A stretch of 64,000 bases of DNA from NCBI GenBank assembly GCA_963758295.1, contig CAVWUU010000001.1:352001-416000 (forward strand), written 5' to 3'. Source of the DNA: Candidatus Eremiobacteria bacterium. Lineage in GTDB: Bacteria; Vulcanimicrobiota; Vulcanimicrobiia; Vulcanimicrobiales; Vulcanimicrobiaceae. Within the stretch, counting starts at the first letter, position 1. Every line of letters starts with the position of its first letter. The notes below the pieces were generated by a model that was not told the DNA's origin, did not search any database, and saw only the letters and a list, made by a program, of their open reading frames with translations. Made by a program: the position numbers and the translations under genes. Below are positions 45,642 through 55,729 of the stretch, piece after piece.

Positions 45642-48245
45642 ACTGGCTCAGAACCCAGGTCGCGATCTGAGTTCGTTTCGAAACGCCGAGCTTGTTGAAG
45701 ATGTTGGCGACGTGGCCTTCGATGGTACGTTCGCTCAAAACCAACTGCTCGGCGATTTCTTTATTGCTTCTTCCCTCCGAAATCAGATCCGCGATCTGAC
45801 GTTCGCGCGCCGTGAGCGAGCCGCCCGTTTTGCCATCGGCCAGCGTAGTTTGCGTTTGGAACCACGAGACGCCGCGCTCAGCGAGCCCTTTGGCGGCGTC
45901 GCGTTGTTCGGTGCCGCGCCCGCACGCGGCGAGCAACAAAAACCGTGCCAGCGTCATGCCCAAATACTCGCATTGCGTTGCGAGCGCTCCGATCGATCCC
46001 GAGAGCTGGCGGCCCAAGAAATGATTGGCGAGGGCACCCGTAACGCTGCGTTCCGCTGCGGAAAGGGGCTGCATGTCGGCCCAAAAGGCGGAACCGTCTG
46101 CCGCTCGAGCCAGAACGTCTTTTCGCTTCAGCCTTTGAGCTGCAAGTGCGATAGGCAGGCGCCACTGGAAAAGGTATGGGTCTTGCGAACTCGCCGCATA
46201 CGGAAGGGCGGCGTCGAGAAGCCGCGAGCTCGTTTGATCGTCCAGAAGTCCTGAAGCAGCCGACCATACCGCCATGTTATATAACACAGCCGATTTTTCG
46301 CCCGCGGCGAATCGCAGCGCTTCCGCCTCGATCGTCTTCCAATAAGAACCCGGCGATCCGCGCAGCGCATAGAGCGCCGCCGCACTGCCCAGAATACGTC
46401 CCCGCTCGGAGCCCTCCAGCGGCCGGCGCAACGAGTCTTCGATGCTAAGCGATGCCTCATCGAGACGCGCGCTCTGAATTTTTGAATGCAGAACGAACTG
46501 CGTGAGCTCCGGATTGCGCACGTCGTTCAATTGCATCCGGATGAAGCCGTTATCGCGCGTTCCGAACTGCATGTACCGAATGTAGGCGTCGACAACCACG
46601 GCATGATTGCTATTAGTCGAATGGAGGGACTTGGCGATCTCCGTTATGAGAGGTAGACGCTTGCGCGCCGCTTCATAATCGCCCGACCTGCTCTCGACGA
46701 ATGCTTGCGCAATCTCCGCTCGCATTCGGACCGGGGCCGGAAGCTCGATGTCCAGGTTCTCGATGTGTTGCAAAGTTCGCTGTAAGCCTTCAACGTCGTG
46801 TTCGCAAACGTTAAACCAAAGCGCTGCCCCGTGGAGCATCGATAAGTCAAGCGGATCGCTAAATACCGAAGCGTAGTGCCGATAGGTCAGTTTAGCCGAC
46901 TCATACCGGTCGCCAAAGAATTGTGACAAGACGAGTTGCGCCGCAAGTGCACCGAGATTCGGAAGCTTACGATATTGCGCTTCGCTTAGCGCATGAAGCA
47001 AGACGGTTTCCGCCCGGCGATCCATCGTCGAAAAGCTCAGCGCTTTTGCAAAATTTCCGTAGAACTCCAAAAAGGCGTCGTCCGGCGGCTCGCCAAGCTC
47101 CATGTGGCTTTCCGAGGCGGAAATAACCATGCGAAAAAGATTTTTTTCGTTAGCTTGCGATGAAAGCGCAAGATACGTTTCCTGCGCGAGTTTGCGGTCT
47201 CCGGCGGATAGCGCCTGTTCGGCTATTAGTAAGCGGTCTTCGACTCGCAATCGATCCGCTCGGGAAATCGCTTCGATGATCGGCGGTGCAGCGGGATCTT
47301 GATCGGAATCGTTTCCAGCACCGCTTCGCCCACAAGCGCGTGTCTGAAGCGTAGCGTCGCGCCTTCCTGAACGAGATACTGCGCGGCCGATTGCGCGATG
47401 TATTCGCCGAGTTCGGTGCTGTTCGTCCACAGGCGTGCCAACAGATCGTACTCGATCGGCTCGGGAAGGAGGGACACGATTTGAAGAAACGTGCGAAACC
47501 CGGAGCTTAGACCCTGGATACGACGAGCAATTAACGAACGCGTGCTTCTCTCAACGTCGCCCGCGTTGTGCGCATCGTTTTCGGCCGCTGCTTCGGCGAG
47601 CGCCGTGAGATCGAGCGGAACACCGCCCGAGTGCTCGATGATCCGGTCGATGACGGCCGTTTCCGCGTGCGGCAGCGATTGCTCGACGAGTTCTCTTGCG
47701 CGACGCGCATCCAGCGTGCCAAGACCGATCGTTTCGTCTACTGCCAGAGGGACGTCTGAAGCCATCTCGTCGCTTCGGCGCGCGAGAACGAGAAGGAGCG
47801 GCGAACTTGCAAACTGCGGAACGATAGCATCCAGCGCCGACAGCGTTTCTTCATCAGCCCACTGCGCGTCGTCCAATAGCAACGCGACCGGACGGTCAAG
47901 AAGAATGCCTTCGAGCGCTGTTGATAACGCAATTGCCGGATCGTGCCCTGCACCGTCCGCCGCGAAGTAGCGCGTTGAGTCCGGGCCCAAAGCGTTCGCG
48001 ATTTGCGAAAGCATGCGCGAAAGCGAGGCGTACGGAACGGTCGCCTGGATCCGAAAAGCGGCCGTGCCTACCACGAGCGCCCCTTGCTGTTGAAGCCGGC
48101 CGGCAAGCTCTGCCATAACAGCGCTCTTGCCGATGCCGCTCGGTCCCTCAACGAGCAAGACTCGGGGCACCGGCGTGGTAACGGCCGTTTTGAAAAGATC
48201 CAGGGCGGACGCGATTTCCCGTTCGCGGCCGATGAGGGAAGACAT
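45625..48245 (-). pseudogene. Large ATP-binding LuxR-family regulator (AAA_16 plus C-terminal HTH), frameshifted near 47280
   Basis: LIGREREI, GPSGIGKS, LLDDAQWAD, GGVPL, FRHAL in frame 1; LTARERQIA...[20 protein letters not shown] in frame 2. Confidence 0.88.
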
Positions 48246-48370
48246 GACCTCTCACGGTCCTGGTTGCCCGCCTGATTTTCCTTCTAATTTGACTTCATCA
48301 TAACCAGGGGTTTCCACGGGCGACCCGGGGGTGTTTGCCCTGCTAGGCTTAGCGCGTGGAGGAGCTTTCT

Positions 48371-48730
48371 ATGTATGCACCCGCGCTGACCCTGACCGGT
48401 TTTCCGGATCACCGCCCGAGGAGCACGCGCATGCGATCGTCCGTTCCGTACTGCTTCATCTTGGACGACACGTACCGGATCGTGATGGCCGGCCCGTCGG
48501 GCGGAGAAGACCCGCTTGCTCCCTACTACGCCTCCGACTCAGAACCCGATGTGTTACCCGGTCCCGTCGACCGCGTCGTACGCGCCCTCACGGCGGCCTG
48601 GCGTTCAACGAGAGCCGCTGCAAGCGCATCGGCATCGGTTAACGAGTTGCAGGTAACCGTGGCGCCCCTTCACGGAACCGACGGACGAAAGATCGCGGTT
48701 TTCGTGCAGCGATCCGACGAACAGAAGTAA
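48371..48730 (+). CDS. Hypothetical small protein, possibly a stand-alone PAS-like fold
   Basis: GGAGGAG SD; CFILDDTYRIV...LQVTVAPL...IAVFVQR pattern. Confidence 0.7.
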   Translation: MYAPALTLTGFPDHRPRSTRMRSSVPYCFILDDTYRIVMAGPSGGEDPLAPYYASDSEPDVLPGPVDRVVRALTAAWRSTRAAASASASVNELQVTVAPLHGTDGRKIAVFVQRSDEQK

Positions 48731-48776
48731 GTAAAAAGGCGCAGGCGCGCGGGACGCGCCTGCCGCTCCAGCGTAC

Positions 48777-50720
48777 TTGCTGGCTGTGCGAATTGAATTA
48801 ACCGCCCGCGGCCTTCTGCTCGGCGGCCTTATTACGCTGGTTTTTACCGCAGCCAACGTTTATCTCGGCCTCAGGGTCGGCCTCACATTTGCATCTTCCA
48901 TCCCAGCCGCTGTCATTTCGATGGCGGTTCTTCGTATGTTCCGCAACTCGACGATTTGGGAAAACAACATCGTTCAGACGGTGGCGTCGGCGGCCGGGAC
49001 GCTCTCCTCGGTAATCTTCGTTCTGCCGGGTCTCGTGATGGTAGGCTGGTGGACGGGCTTTCCGTTCTGGGAATCGTTCGGCATTTGCGCCGTCGGCGGA
49101 ATTCTGGGCGTAATGTACAGCGTGCCGCTGCGTCGTGCGCTCGTAACGTATTCCGATCTGCCGTATCCGGAAGGCGTTGCAGCCGCCGAAGTATTGCGCG
49201 TCGGGGCGGGCGAGGGCGCGACCGAAGCGCAAGCCGAGAATCGCCTTGGGCTCATCGCGCTAGTTGTAAGTTCCGTCGCATCGGCGGCCGTGCAGCTCGG
49301 CGTTGCCTTTCGTTTGTTTGCCGCCGACCTCACGGCATTCTTCCGTGCGGGTAAATCCTCGACGGGTATCGATTTTTCGCTTTCGCTCGCGCTGATCGGC
49401 GCCGGCCACCTAATCGGGCTCACCGTTGGTATGGCAATATTCGCCGGGCTGATCATTGCGTGGGGAATCGCGATTCCGATTCTCACGGCGATGCATCCGA
49501 TGCCTGGGCCGGCAGCCGACGTGGCAAATTACGTTTGGTCGCATTACGTGCGATTCATCGGCGCGGGGGCGATCGGTATCTCGGCCATTTGGACGCTCGG
49601 CAAACTCGCTGCGCCGGTGTGGAACGGCGTCGCTTCCGCTATCGCGGCGTCCCGTCATCGCGCCCAAGTCGGCGCCGAAAGCCTGCCCATCACCGAGCAA
49701 GATTTGCCGATCGGGATCGTGGCGATGATTTCGACCGTCTGCCTGCTGCCGATCGTCATCCTGTTGTGGGCCTTTCTCTCGGGGACGGCGATCGTGGGCA
49801 TGGGGCCGGTGCTAATTATCGGTGCCGTGTTGTACATCGTGCTCGCCGGTTTTCTGGTTGCTGCCGCAACCGGCTATATGGCCGGACTTATCGGCTCTTC
49901 AAACAGTCCGGTTTCCGGCATGGCGATTCTCTCGGTAATCGGCGCGTCGTTGCTGTTGCTCGTGCTTTCGCATGGTGCGGATAAATCGTCGGCGCCCGCG
50001 CTCGTCGCCTATGCATTGTTTGTTACGGCGCTGTTGATCAACGTCGCAACCATTTCGAACGATAACTTGCAAGATTTGAAGACCGGCCAGCTCGTTGGAG
50101 CAACGCCATGGCGGCAGCAAGTCGCGCTGATGGTCGGCGTGATTTTTGGCGCAATCGTGATTCCGCCGGTCCTTGTTGTGCTCAACAAGGCCTACGGCTT
50201 CGGCGGTCCGCACGGGTTGCCGGCTCCGCAAGCGACGTTGATCTCCACGCTCGCCAAGGGCGTGATTCAGGGGCAGATCGACTGGAGTTTGATCGGGATC
50301 GGCGTGCTCGTCGGTATCGGGATCATCATCATCGATGAAGCGGGCCGCATCAGTGGACGTTTCCGTCTGCCGCCGCTGGCTGTCGGCCTGGGGATTTACT
50401 TGCCGACCAGCGCGACGGCCCCCGTGGTAGTCGGTGCGGTCTTCGGCAAGATTTACAACACTTGGGTCGCGACCAAACCGAACGGCGACGCAGCGCGCCG
50501 TCTCGGCGTGCTGGTCGCGTCGGGATTGATCGTCGGAGAAAGTGTTTTCGGCGTCTTCTTGGCCGGGCTTATCTACGTCTCGAATAAGCCGTCGCCGCTT
50601 GCGATCTTCGGCGATTCTTTTGCGGGCTGGGCGTTAGGCCTTGGAGCGATCGCGTTCGTCGCGATACCGTTTGCACTTTATCGCTGGATCGGCCGAAGCG
50701 CGCAAACGCTCGAAGCCTAA
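48777..50720 (+). CDS. OPT/YSL family oligopeptide transporter
   Basis: ELTARGL, ANVYLGL, SIPAAVIS, ENNIVQT, LPYPEG, NSPVSG, LQDLKTG, PAPQA. Confidence 0.95.
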   Translation: MLAVRIELTARGLLLGGLITLVFTAANVYLGLRVGLTFASSIPAAVISMAVLRMFRNSTIWENNIVQTVASAAGTLSSVIFVLPGLVMVGWWTGFPFWESFGICAVGGILGVMYSVPLRRALVTYSDLPYPEGVAAAEVLRVGAGEGATEAQAENRLGLIALVVSSVASAAVQLGVAFRLFAADLTAFFRAGKSSTGIDFSLSLALIGAGHLIGLTVGMAIFAGLIIAWGIAIPILTAMHPMPGPAADVANYVWSHYVRFIGAGAIGISAIWTLGKLAAPVWNGVASAIAASRHRAQVGAESLPITEQDLPIGIVAMISTVCLLPIVILLWAFLSGTAIVGMGPVLIIGAVLYIVLAGFLVAAATGYMAGLIGSSNSPVSGMAILSVIGASLLLLVLSHGADKSSAPALVAYALFVTALLINVATISNDNLQDLKTGQLVGATPWRQQVALMVGVIFGAIVIPPVLVVLNKAYGFGGPHGLPAPQATLISTLAKGVIQGQIDWSLIGIGVLVGIGIIIIDEAGRISGRFRLPPLAVGLGIYLPTSATAPVVVGAVFGKIYNTWVATKPNGDAARRLGVLVASGLIVGESVFGVFLAGLIYVSNKPSPLAIFGDSFAGWALGLGAIAFVAIPFALYRWIGRSAQTLEA

Positions 50721-50723
50721 ACG

Positions 50724-50930
50724 CTACGCCGTCTGAACGGGGCTGCGCTCGTCGCGCAGTCCCTGTTTCAACTGCGCCGCCAATTCCGGCGAATCGGCAT
50801 GGCCATGTGCGCCAACTGCGTGTTGTTTAGCCGCGGTCAAGACTTCATCTTCGGTTCCCGAGATATACAGCGAGCAATTCTTCTCGCTCGGGTAGTCACG
50901 GCAATCGATGTACTTGCGGTTCGTATCCAT
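50724..50930 (-). CDS. DUF1059 small Cys/His metal-binding protein
   Basis: CRDYPSEKNC...GTEDEVL...HAVGAHG; start may be 50957. Confidence 0.8.
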   Translation of the reverse strand: MDTNRKYIDCRDYPSEKNCSLYISGTEDEVLTAAKQHAVGAHGHADSPELAAQLKQGLRDERSPVQTA

Positions 50931-51005
50931 CTGTGCTCTCACAAACTCGTCGCTCACACCGCGTAATTCACGATACGCCGCGCCGGCGGCCCCGTCAATG
51001 CGACC

Positions 51006-53261
51006 TTACGTGCCCTTCTCCGCACCGAGGTAGTGTATCCACTTGACGATCCACTGCGGCACGGTTGATAGCTGGCTCGCATCGCCATACGCGAAATAGT
51101 ACTCGTCGTGCGGGTTGCGTTTGTGGTAGGCGAACGAGAGGTTCCACGCTCCGGTGCACGGCGTGTTCGAAGGCGGGTTCGCCAGGTAGGTCACGCACGA
51201 AGCCGGCGAGTTCGTTACGATATAGGGCGCAATGCCGATGATCCGTCGAACCCCGAGAGAAATTGATTCGTCGGGACCGAGCGCATAGGTATAGCCGGCG
51301 CGCTCGAGCCACTGGACGTTGGTAGGCCCGGAATCCAAGTGCTGTCGCGTGTCGTCGGCTTCGAGTAAAAGCGTTGCCCGTTTTCCGACGCGCATAGTGC
51401 TGCTGCGCGTCCACGAATCGACGCGTCCCGGTCCGAAGCGTCCGGTGTTGTACGTAACCGTGGTCGGCGTCGACGAGGATCCGTGATTTGGGAAGTCTCC
51501 TGGACTGTTGAAGCTGCCGCTGTGCCACGTTAGACCGAGGCCCGCCTGAGTGATCGGCGTCAAGACTTGGCATCCGCGGTACTGCGCGTAGTTCATCGGA
51601 TCCACCGTAATCAAATTGCCGGGCGACGTCGCACAGTTGTTCGCGAGCAGAAACGACGAGCCGAGATTGATCTGCGCGTCGATGCGATTGCGCATGAGCA
51701 CGTCGAAGGTGAAATTCTGGTCGGTCTGATCGAGATCGCCCGCGGCGTTGTGATACCGGTCGACGGAGCCGCTCACGCCCATCGAGTTGATCGCGTCGTT
51801 TCCACTAAAGAGCCAATACTTGGCGAGATAACCGGCGTAGCCGGCGATATCCGGGTGCTGCACGAGCCCGTCCGCCGGATCGTAGTAGTAGCCGACTTTT
51901 CGCATCGAAAACGCGGCGCCGAAGGTATTCGTGTAAACGTACGTCCCGCCGTCATAGCGCTGTGCCTTATTGCCGAGCAGGACGTTACTCCCGCTGTCGC
52001 TTCCGTAGTTGAAGTACGCGCTGAAGTGTTTGCTGTCGTTGTACCGGACGCCATCGGTTATCGTATCGTCGTGTACGGACGAACTCGAGTAGCCGTCGCA
52101 CGTTTGCAGCACCGGCTGGTTGCAGTCGGCAGCGATGCGTTGCGCGGTCAGTCCCCATTTGTCGTCTTGGGAACGCCACTGGAGGGCCTGTGCCGAATCC
52201 GAACGCCCATCGTTCAAGGCGTTGAAGGCGCCGAACGAAATCGGCCCTTGTTTCCCTTCCACGGCATATCCGTCGCGCGGCGTCGGGATGTTCGGCGTGT
52301 AGAGCTGGCTGATTCCAGGGCACGCGTCGCAGTCGAAGCTGTCATAGTAGCTGGCACCCTGCGTAAAAAACGGGCGTACTTCATTGAAGAAGCGCGCGAA
52401 CGCCGTCGGCGAAATCGTTTCTTGGTCCACTTCGACGTTTGAGTAATCCGGGTGGAACGTCGAGTAGAACGATGACGTAGCAGTAATCGGTATAGAGAGA
52501 TCGGCGCCCACGCGAGAGGTCGAAAGGCCCTGTTTCGCCGGACCGAGCGCTCCGAGCCCATAGATGCCTAGGCGCGGCTGCGGTCGAGTTGCCGCGGCGG
52601 GCGAGAGCCCACGGAGCGCGCCGGCATAAATAACGTCGTCGCCGTTGGTTTGAGCGGGGCCGTACGACCAGATCTGTCGTTCGCCCGTGGACCGCACGAC
52701 GCGAACGAACTGGGCCTTCCACCCGCCGGCTCCGCCGGAGCCGCGAATTACGCGAAGTGGAATCTTCATCGTAATCGTAAACCCGCCGCTATAAGCGTTG
52801 CCGTACGATTCCCACGTCGGCGCGTACGCCGTATTCTCCGATGAATACTGAAAATGCGTACCGTTCGAAGTGGCTGCGAACTGATAGAAGAATCCGTTGG
52901 AGCCGTTAGGCCAGAGGTCGATCCAGACTTCGTCGTCCGTTCCGTCGCCGACATTGTTGGTGTGTTGCTGGGCCATCAAGCCTTCGCGTTGCTTCACGTC
53001 GAAGCGCAAATAGAGCGACGCGTTGTCGCTGAGGACGCGAGCCGTCGAGGTTTCACTTGCGGGATGCTGATGCTGGACGTCCCACGCAAGCGTGACGACG
53101 GTCGCCGTTTTCCACGTCGCGAGATCGTCGTGCGGATTCAACGACGGCGGGTCGCTGCTCACCGCAACGTTCAACGTTGCAATTTTGGACTGTTCCGCCG
53201 CATGCGCTGTTGCGGGGCAGAACAAAAGCGCCGTCAGCGCGATAAGCGCGAGAACCTTCAT
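51006..53261 (-). CDS. Secreted protein with a CBM9/DOMON-like N-terminus and a putative outer-membrane beta-barrel (DUF5916-like)
   Basis: Signal peptide, LYLRFD, DDEVWIDL, MKIPL, HPDYSNVEVDQ, EVRPFFTQG; aromatic-rich beta strands. Confidence 0.65.
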   Translation of the reverse strand: MKVLALIALTALLFCPATAHAAEQSKIATLNVAVSSDPPSLNPHDDLATWKTATVVTLAWDVQHQHPASETSTARVLSDNASLYLRFDVKQREGLMAQQHTNNVGDGTDDEVWIDLWPNGSNGFFYQFAATSNGTHFQYSSENTAYAPTWESYGNAYSGGFTITMKIPLRVIRGSGGAGGWKAQFVRVVRSTGERQIWSYGPAQTNGDDVIYAGALRGLSPAAATRPQPRLGIYGLGALGPAKQGLSTSRVGADLSIPITATSSFYSTFHPDYSNVEVDQETISPTAFARFFNEVRPFFTQGASYYDSFDCDACPGISQLYTPNIPTPRDGYAVEGKQGPISFGAFNALNDGRSDSAQALQWRSQDDKWGLTAQRIAADCNQPVLQTCDGYSSSSVHDDTITDGVRYNDSKHFSAYFNYGSDSGSNVLLGNKAQRYDGGTYVYTNTFGAAFSMRKVGYYYDPADGLVQHPDIAGYAGYLAKYWLFSGNDAINSMGVSGSVDRYHNAAGDLDQTDQNFTFDVLMRNRIDAQINLGSSFLLANNCATSPGNLITVDPMNYAQYRGCQVLTPITQAGLGLTWHSGSFNSPGDFPNHGSSSTPTTVTYNTGRFGPGRVDSWTRSSTMRVGKRATLLLEADDTRQHLDSGPTNVQWLERAGYTYALGPDESISLGVRRIIGIAPYIVTNSPASCVTYLANPPSNTPCTGAWNLSFAYHKRNPHDEYYFAYGDASQLSTVPQWIVKWIHYLGAEKGT

Positions 53262-53342
53262 GAAAAAGCCGCCGTGGAAAGGTCGCTACCGGGGGATTCG
53301 GTTGCAGTCTACCGCGTGCGCCTGCTCAAGTCAACTAATTGA

Positions 53343-54836
53343 TTAGTTTTTGATATTTATTAATCGCTTGTGCGCTCGGCGGATGCGTCTCCACCCGCGG
53401 CGCCACTTAGCGCGTGACGATTTCGCTTCTTGGAGAAACAGCATAGCCAGTTCGCCCGCAGCGAAAACGGCTTCCGTTTCGCTCGCGGTTTCCCGAAGCC
53501 GTTTGACCATGACGACCGAATCGTGTTCAGTGCCAAGCAACGTTTGTAGGCGCTGCGCTTCGCGTGCGAGCAACTTGGCCCGTTTTCCAGCAGATTCCGA
53601 AAACGCTTCGGATGCATAACGGAGATGCTTAGCCTTGATACGTATCGCGTGCAGCTCGCGATCGCTCGGCGGTAGGCCCGCCGCGCGTACGGCTTTGCGA
53701 ACTTTTTTATAAACGGATTGGATCAATGTGGGCGCGATGCCGGCGGCCGGCACTTCGGGGTCGCCGGTGAAGCGCGGATTGGCCGCCGCTTGCACCAGGT
53801 CTTCCAGCAACTCGCGGTATCGCTGTTCTCGTAAGGCTTCACGCAACTGCTCGTGTTCACGTTTAAGCCGTTTGCGCAGGTCGTCAACGATGCACCGGGC
53901 GCGTTGTGCATCGGAGGCCGGAAGCTCTTCGGCAAAATCCGCAAGGCGTTCCGTCAGAACGTCGGTGTCTCGAACGGGTGATAACCGGTCCTGGAGCCAT
54001 GAAAGACGCTCGCGCAAATCGCATGCCCACGGTTTTTCGAGCAGCGGCAAAAACGTGCGGAGATTGGAACGCAAACGGCGTACGGCAACGCGAGCCTGAT
54101 GGACGGCTTCCCCGTCCTCACGCAAACGCATTTTCGCATCGTTACGCAGCAGTTGGATCGCCGATTGAGAGAGCGCGGCGCGTATCGTTTGTCCGATGGA
54201 GGAATTAGAAGATACGCTGGGGACCGCGATTTCCGGCGCAATGCCGTTCGAGCTAAGGGCCATAACGTTTTTCGGCGTCTGATTCGGCTTGCCGGCGCCT
54301 TGACTCTGCAGCGCGCCGGCGATGGCGTCTCCCGTGCCCGTTTCTATTCCGTCTTCCAATTCGATTTCCAATTGTTGGAAGCGATTTTGAACGCTCGCAC
54401 CATCAACGACGCGCACGTCGTCTTCTACCACCTCGGCGAGATCGTCGCCGCTTTGCGACTGAAACTCACGTTTTACGCGCAGCGTACGAAGTTCCGCAAC
54501 GCGCCGTACCGGCGCGCCGCGAAGATTCGCGGTCGCAAGTTCAAGAGCAGCGTTGGGCGGGCGGTCGGGGGCACCATCGAAAACGTGCTCCTCGCGCTCG
54601 AGCGCTTTGTTTTTATTAAGTACGGGAATCTTTAGCGTCCAGCCCTCGCCATGGCGGTACCGTAAGCTGCAATCCCAGCGTGTCAGACGCAGATCTTCGG
54701 AGTCGTAATAAATTGTGTGGAGTCGCTGGAATCGAGCGGCCGAGGCTACGAAGGTCTTTAGCTCGCGCGGCAGGCGGGCGAGTGAAAACCCTTGCGGCAC
54801 CGCGAGTTTTAGCTCGCGCTCCAGATTCGTGCTCAT
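53343..54836 (-). CDS. CYTH plus CHAD domain protein (polyphosphate-associated)
   Basis: ERELK and YYDSEDLRL (CYTH); VHQARVAVRRLRS, RDTDV, LHAIRIKAKHLRY, LQTLLG-EHD (CHAD). Confidence 0.9.
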   Translation of the reverse strand: MSTNLERELKLAVPQGFSLARLPRELKTFVASAARFQRLHTIYYDSEDLRLTRWDCSLRYRHGEGWTLKIPVLNKNKALEREEHVFDGAPDRPPNAALELATANLRGAPVRRVAELRTLRVKREFQSQSGDDLAEVVEDDVRVVDGASVQNRFQQLEIELEDGIETGTGDAIAGALQSQGAGKPNQTPKNVMALSSNGIAPEIAVPSVSSNSSIGQTIRAALSQSAIQLLRNDAKMRLREDGEAVHQARVAVRRLRSNLRTFLPLLEKPWACDLRERLSWLQDRLSPVRDTDVLTERLADFAEELPASDAQRARCIVDDLRKRLKREHEQLREALREQRYRELLEDLVQAAANPRFTGDPEVPAAGIAPTLIQSVYKKVRKAVRAAGLPPSDRELHAIRIKAKHLRYASEAFSESAGKRAKLLAREAQRLQTLLGTEHDSVVMVKRLRETASETEAVFAAGELAMLFLQEAKSSRAKWRRGWRRIRRAHKRLINIKN

Positions 54837-54993
54837 ACCGTAGTACGTTCCATTTTAGTACAAAGTCCAAGCCGGGCTCAAAAAAAATCGCTATTTTTAC
54901 GCAAAAATCCGCAGGACAACGGGCGAAAATACGGTACTCCGCATTGCGATAGGCGCGCGTTCGCGCCAGTGTGCAACAGCATAAGAGGAGCAG

Positions 54994-55473
54994 ATGAATA
55001 AGGTCGATTTGGTCCGTTCTGCTATGGAACGGCACGAGATGTCTCGCAAGGATGCGCTCGCATTGGTCGATGGCCTTTTCGAGGATATTCAAGATGCGGT
55101 TCTGGCCGGCGAGCCGGTGAAGATTCCGGGATTCGGTCAATTCAAAGTGCGCGATCGCGCTGCGCGTATCGCACGCAACCCCGCGACGGGCGAACCGGTG
55201 AAAGTTCCGGCGAAGCGCGTCTTCAAATTCTTGCCGGCAAAGGCGCTCAAAGACGCCATCATGGCGAAGAAGGGCGGCGGCAGCCGTAAGGCAGCAGCGT
55301 CAGGCCGTAAGGCAGCTGCGAAGCCGGCGGCACAGAAGAGCACCGCAAAGAAGAGCACTGCAAAGAAGAGCACGGCAAAGAAGAGCACCGCAGCGAAGGG
55401 CGCAACGCGTAAAGCGGCGGCTCCCGCACGCAAAGGTGCAGCGAAGAAGTCGAACGGCCGCAAGCGCCGCTAG
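54994..55473 (+). CDS. hup: HU family nucleoid protein with a Lys/Ala-rich C-terminal tail
   Basis: MNKVDL, IPGFGQF, RAARIARNPATGE, FLPAKALKD; GAGGAG SD. Confidence 0.95.
   Translation: MNKVDLVRSAMERHEMSRKDALALVDGLFEDIQDAVLAGEPVKIPGFGQFKVRDRAARIARNPATGEPVKVPAKRVFKFLPAKALKDAIMAKKGGGSRKAAASGRKAAAKPAAQKSTAKKSTAKKSTAKKSTAAKGATRKAAAPARKGAAKKSNGRKRR
55333..55392 (+). repeat. Four tandem 15-bp repeats encoding (K/Q)KSTA
   Basis: (A/C)AGAAGAGCACNGCA four times within the hup tail. Confidence 0.9.
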
Positions 55474-55495
55474 AGCTTCCCAGTAGCGAAACATT

Positions 55496-55524
55496 AAGGC
55501 TAGGCAGTGCGCCTAGCCTTTTTT
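55496..55524 (+). terminator. Rho-independent terminator of hup
   Basis: AAGGCTAGGC-AGTGC-GCCTAGCCTT followed by TTTT. Confidence 0.88.
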
Positions 55525-55729
55525 CGTTCGCGCTTCCGGCGGGTACGAAGCGCCAATGGAACAGATGGCTGTTTTTGAAGACGGCGTGCAGGCTCAACAG
55601 ACCGCCCGCGTCGCTTTATCAGCGACGCGAGCTTTCAGGCTGTGGCGGCGGTCGTGAGATGCCGATAGTCAATCGTTCGATAATGCCGTAACAATTCACC
55701 GCGGCCGTGTTATTTCAGGAACGGCGTAA

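Noticed and set aside
48777..50720. OPT transporter as the RiPP exporter
   Set aside because: OPT proteins are importers, and the gene lies 3 kb away beyond an opposite-strand gene; the link is unsupported
55530..55729. SRP RNA, 6S RNA, tmRNA or hammerhead ribozyme
   Set aside because: No SRP loop motif, no long end-to-end duplex, no tRNA-like ends and no complete hammerhead core; kept only as an unassigned structured spacer
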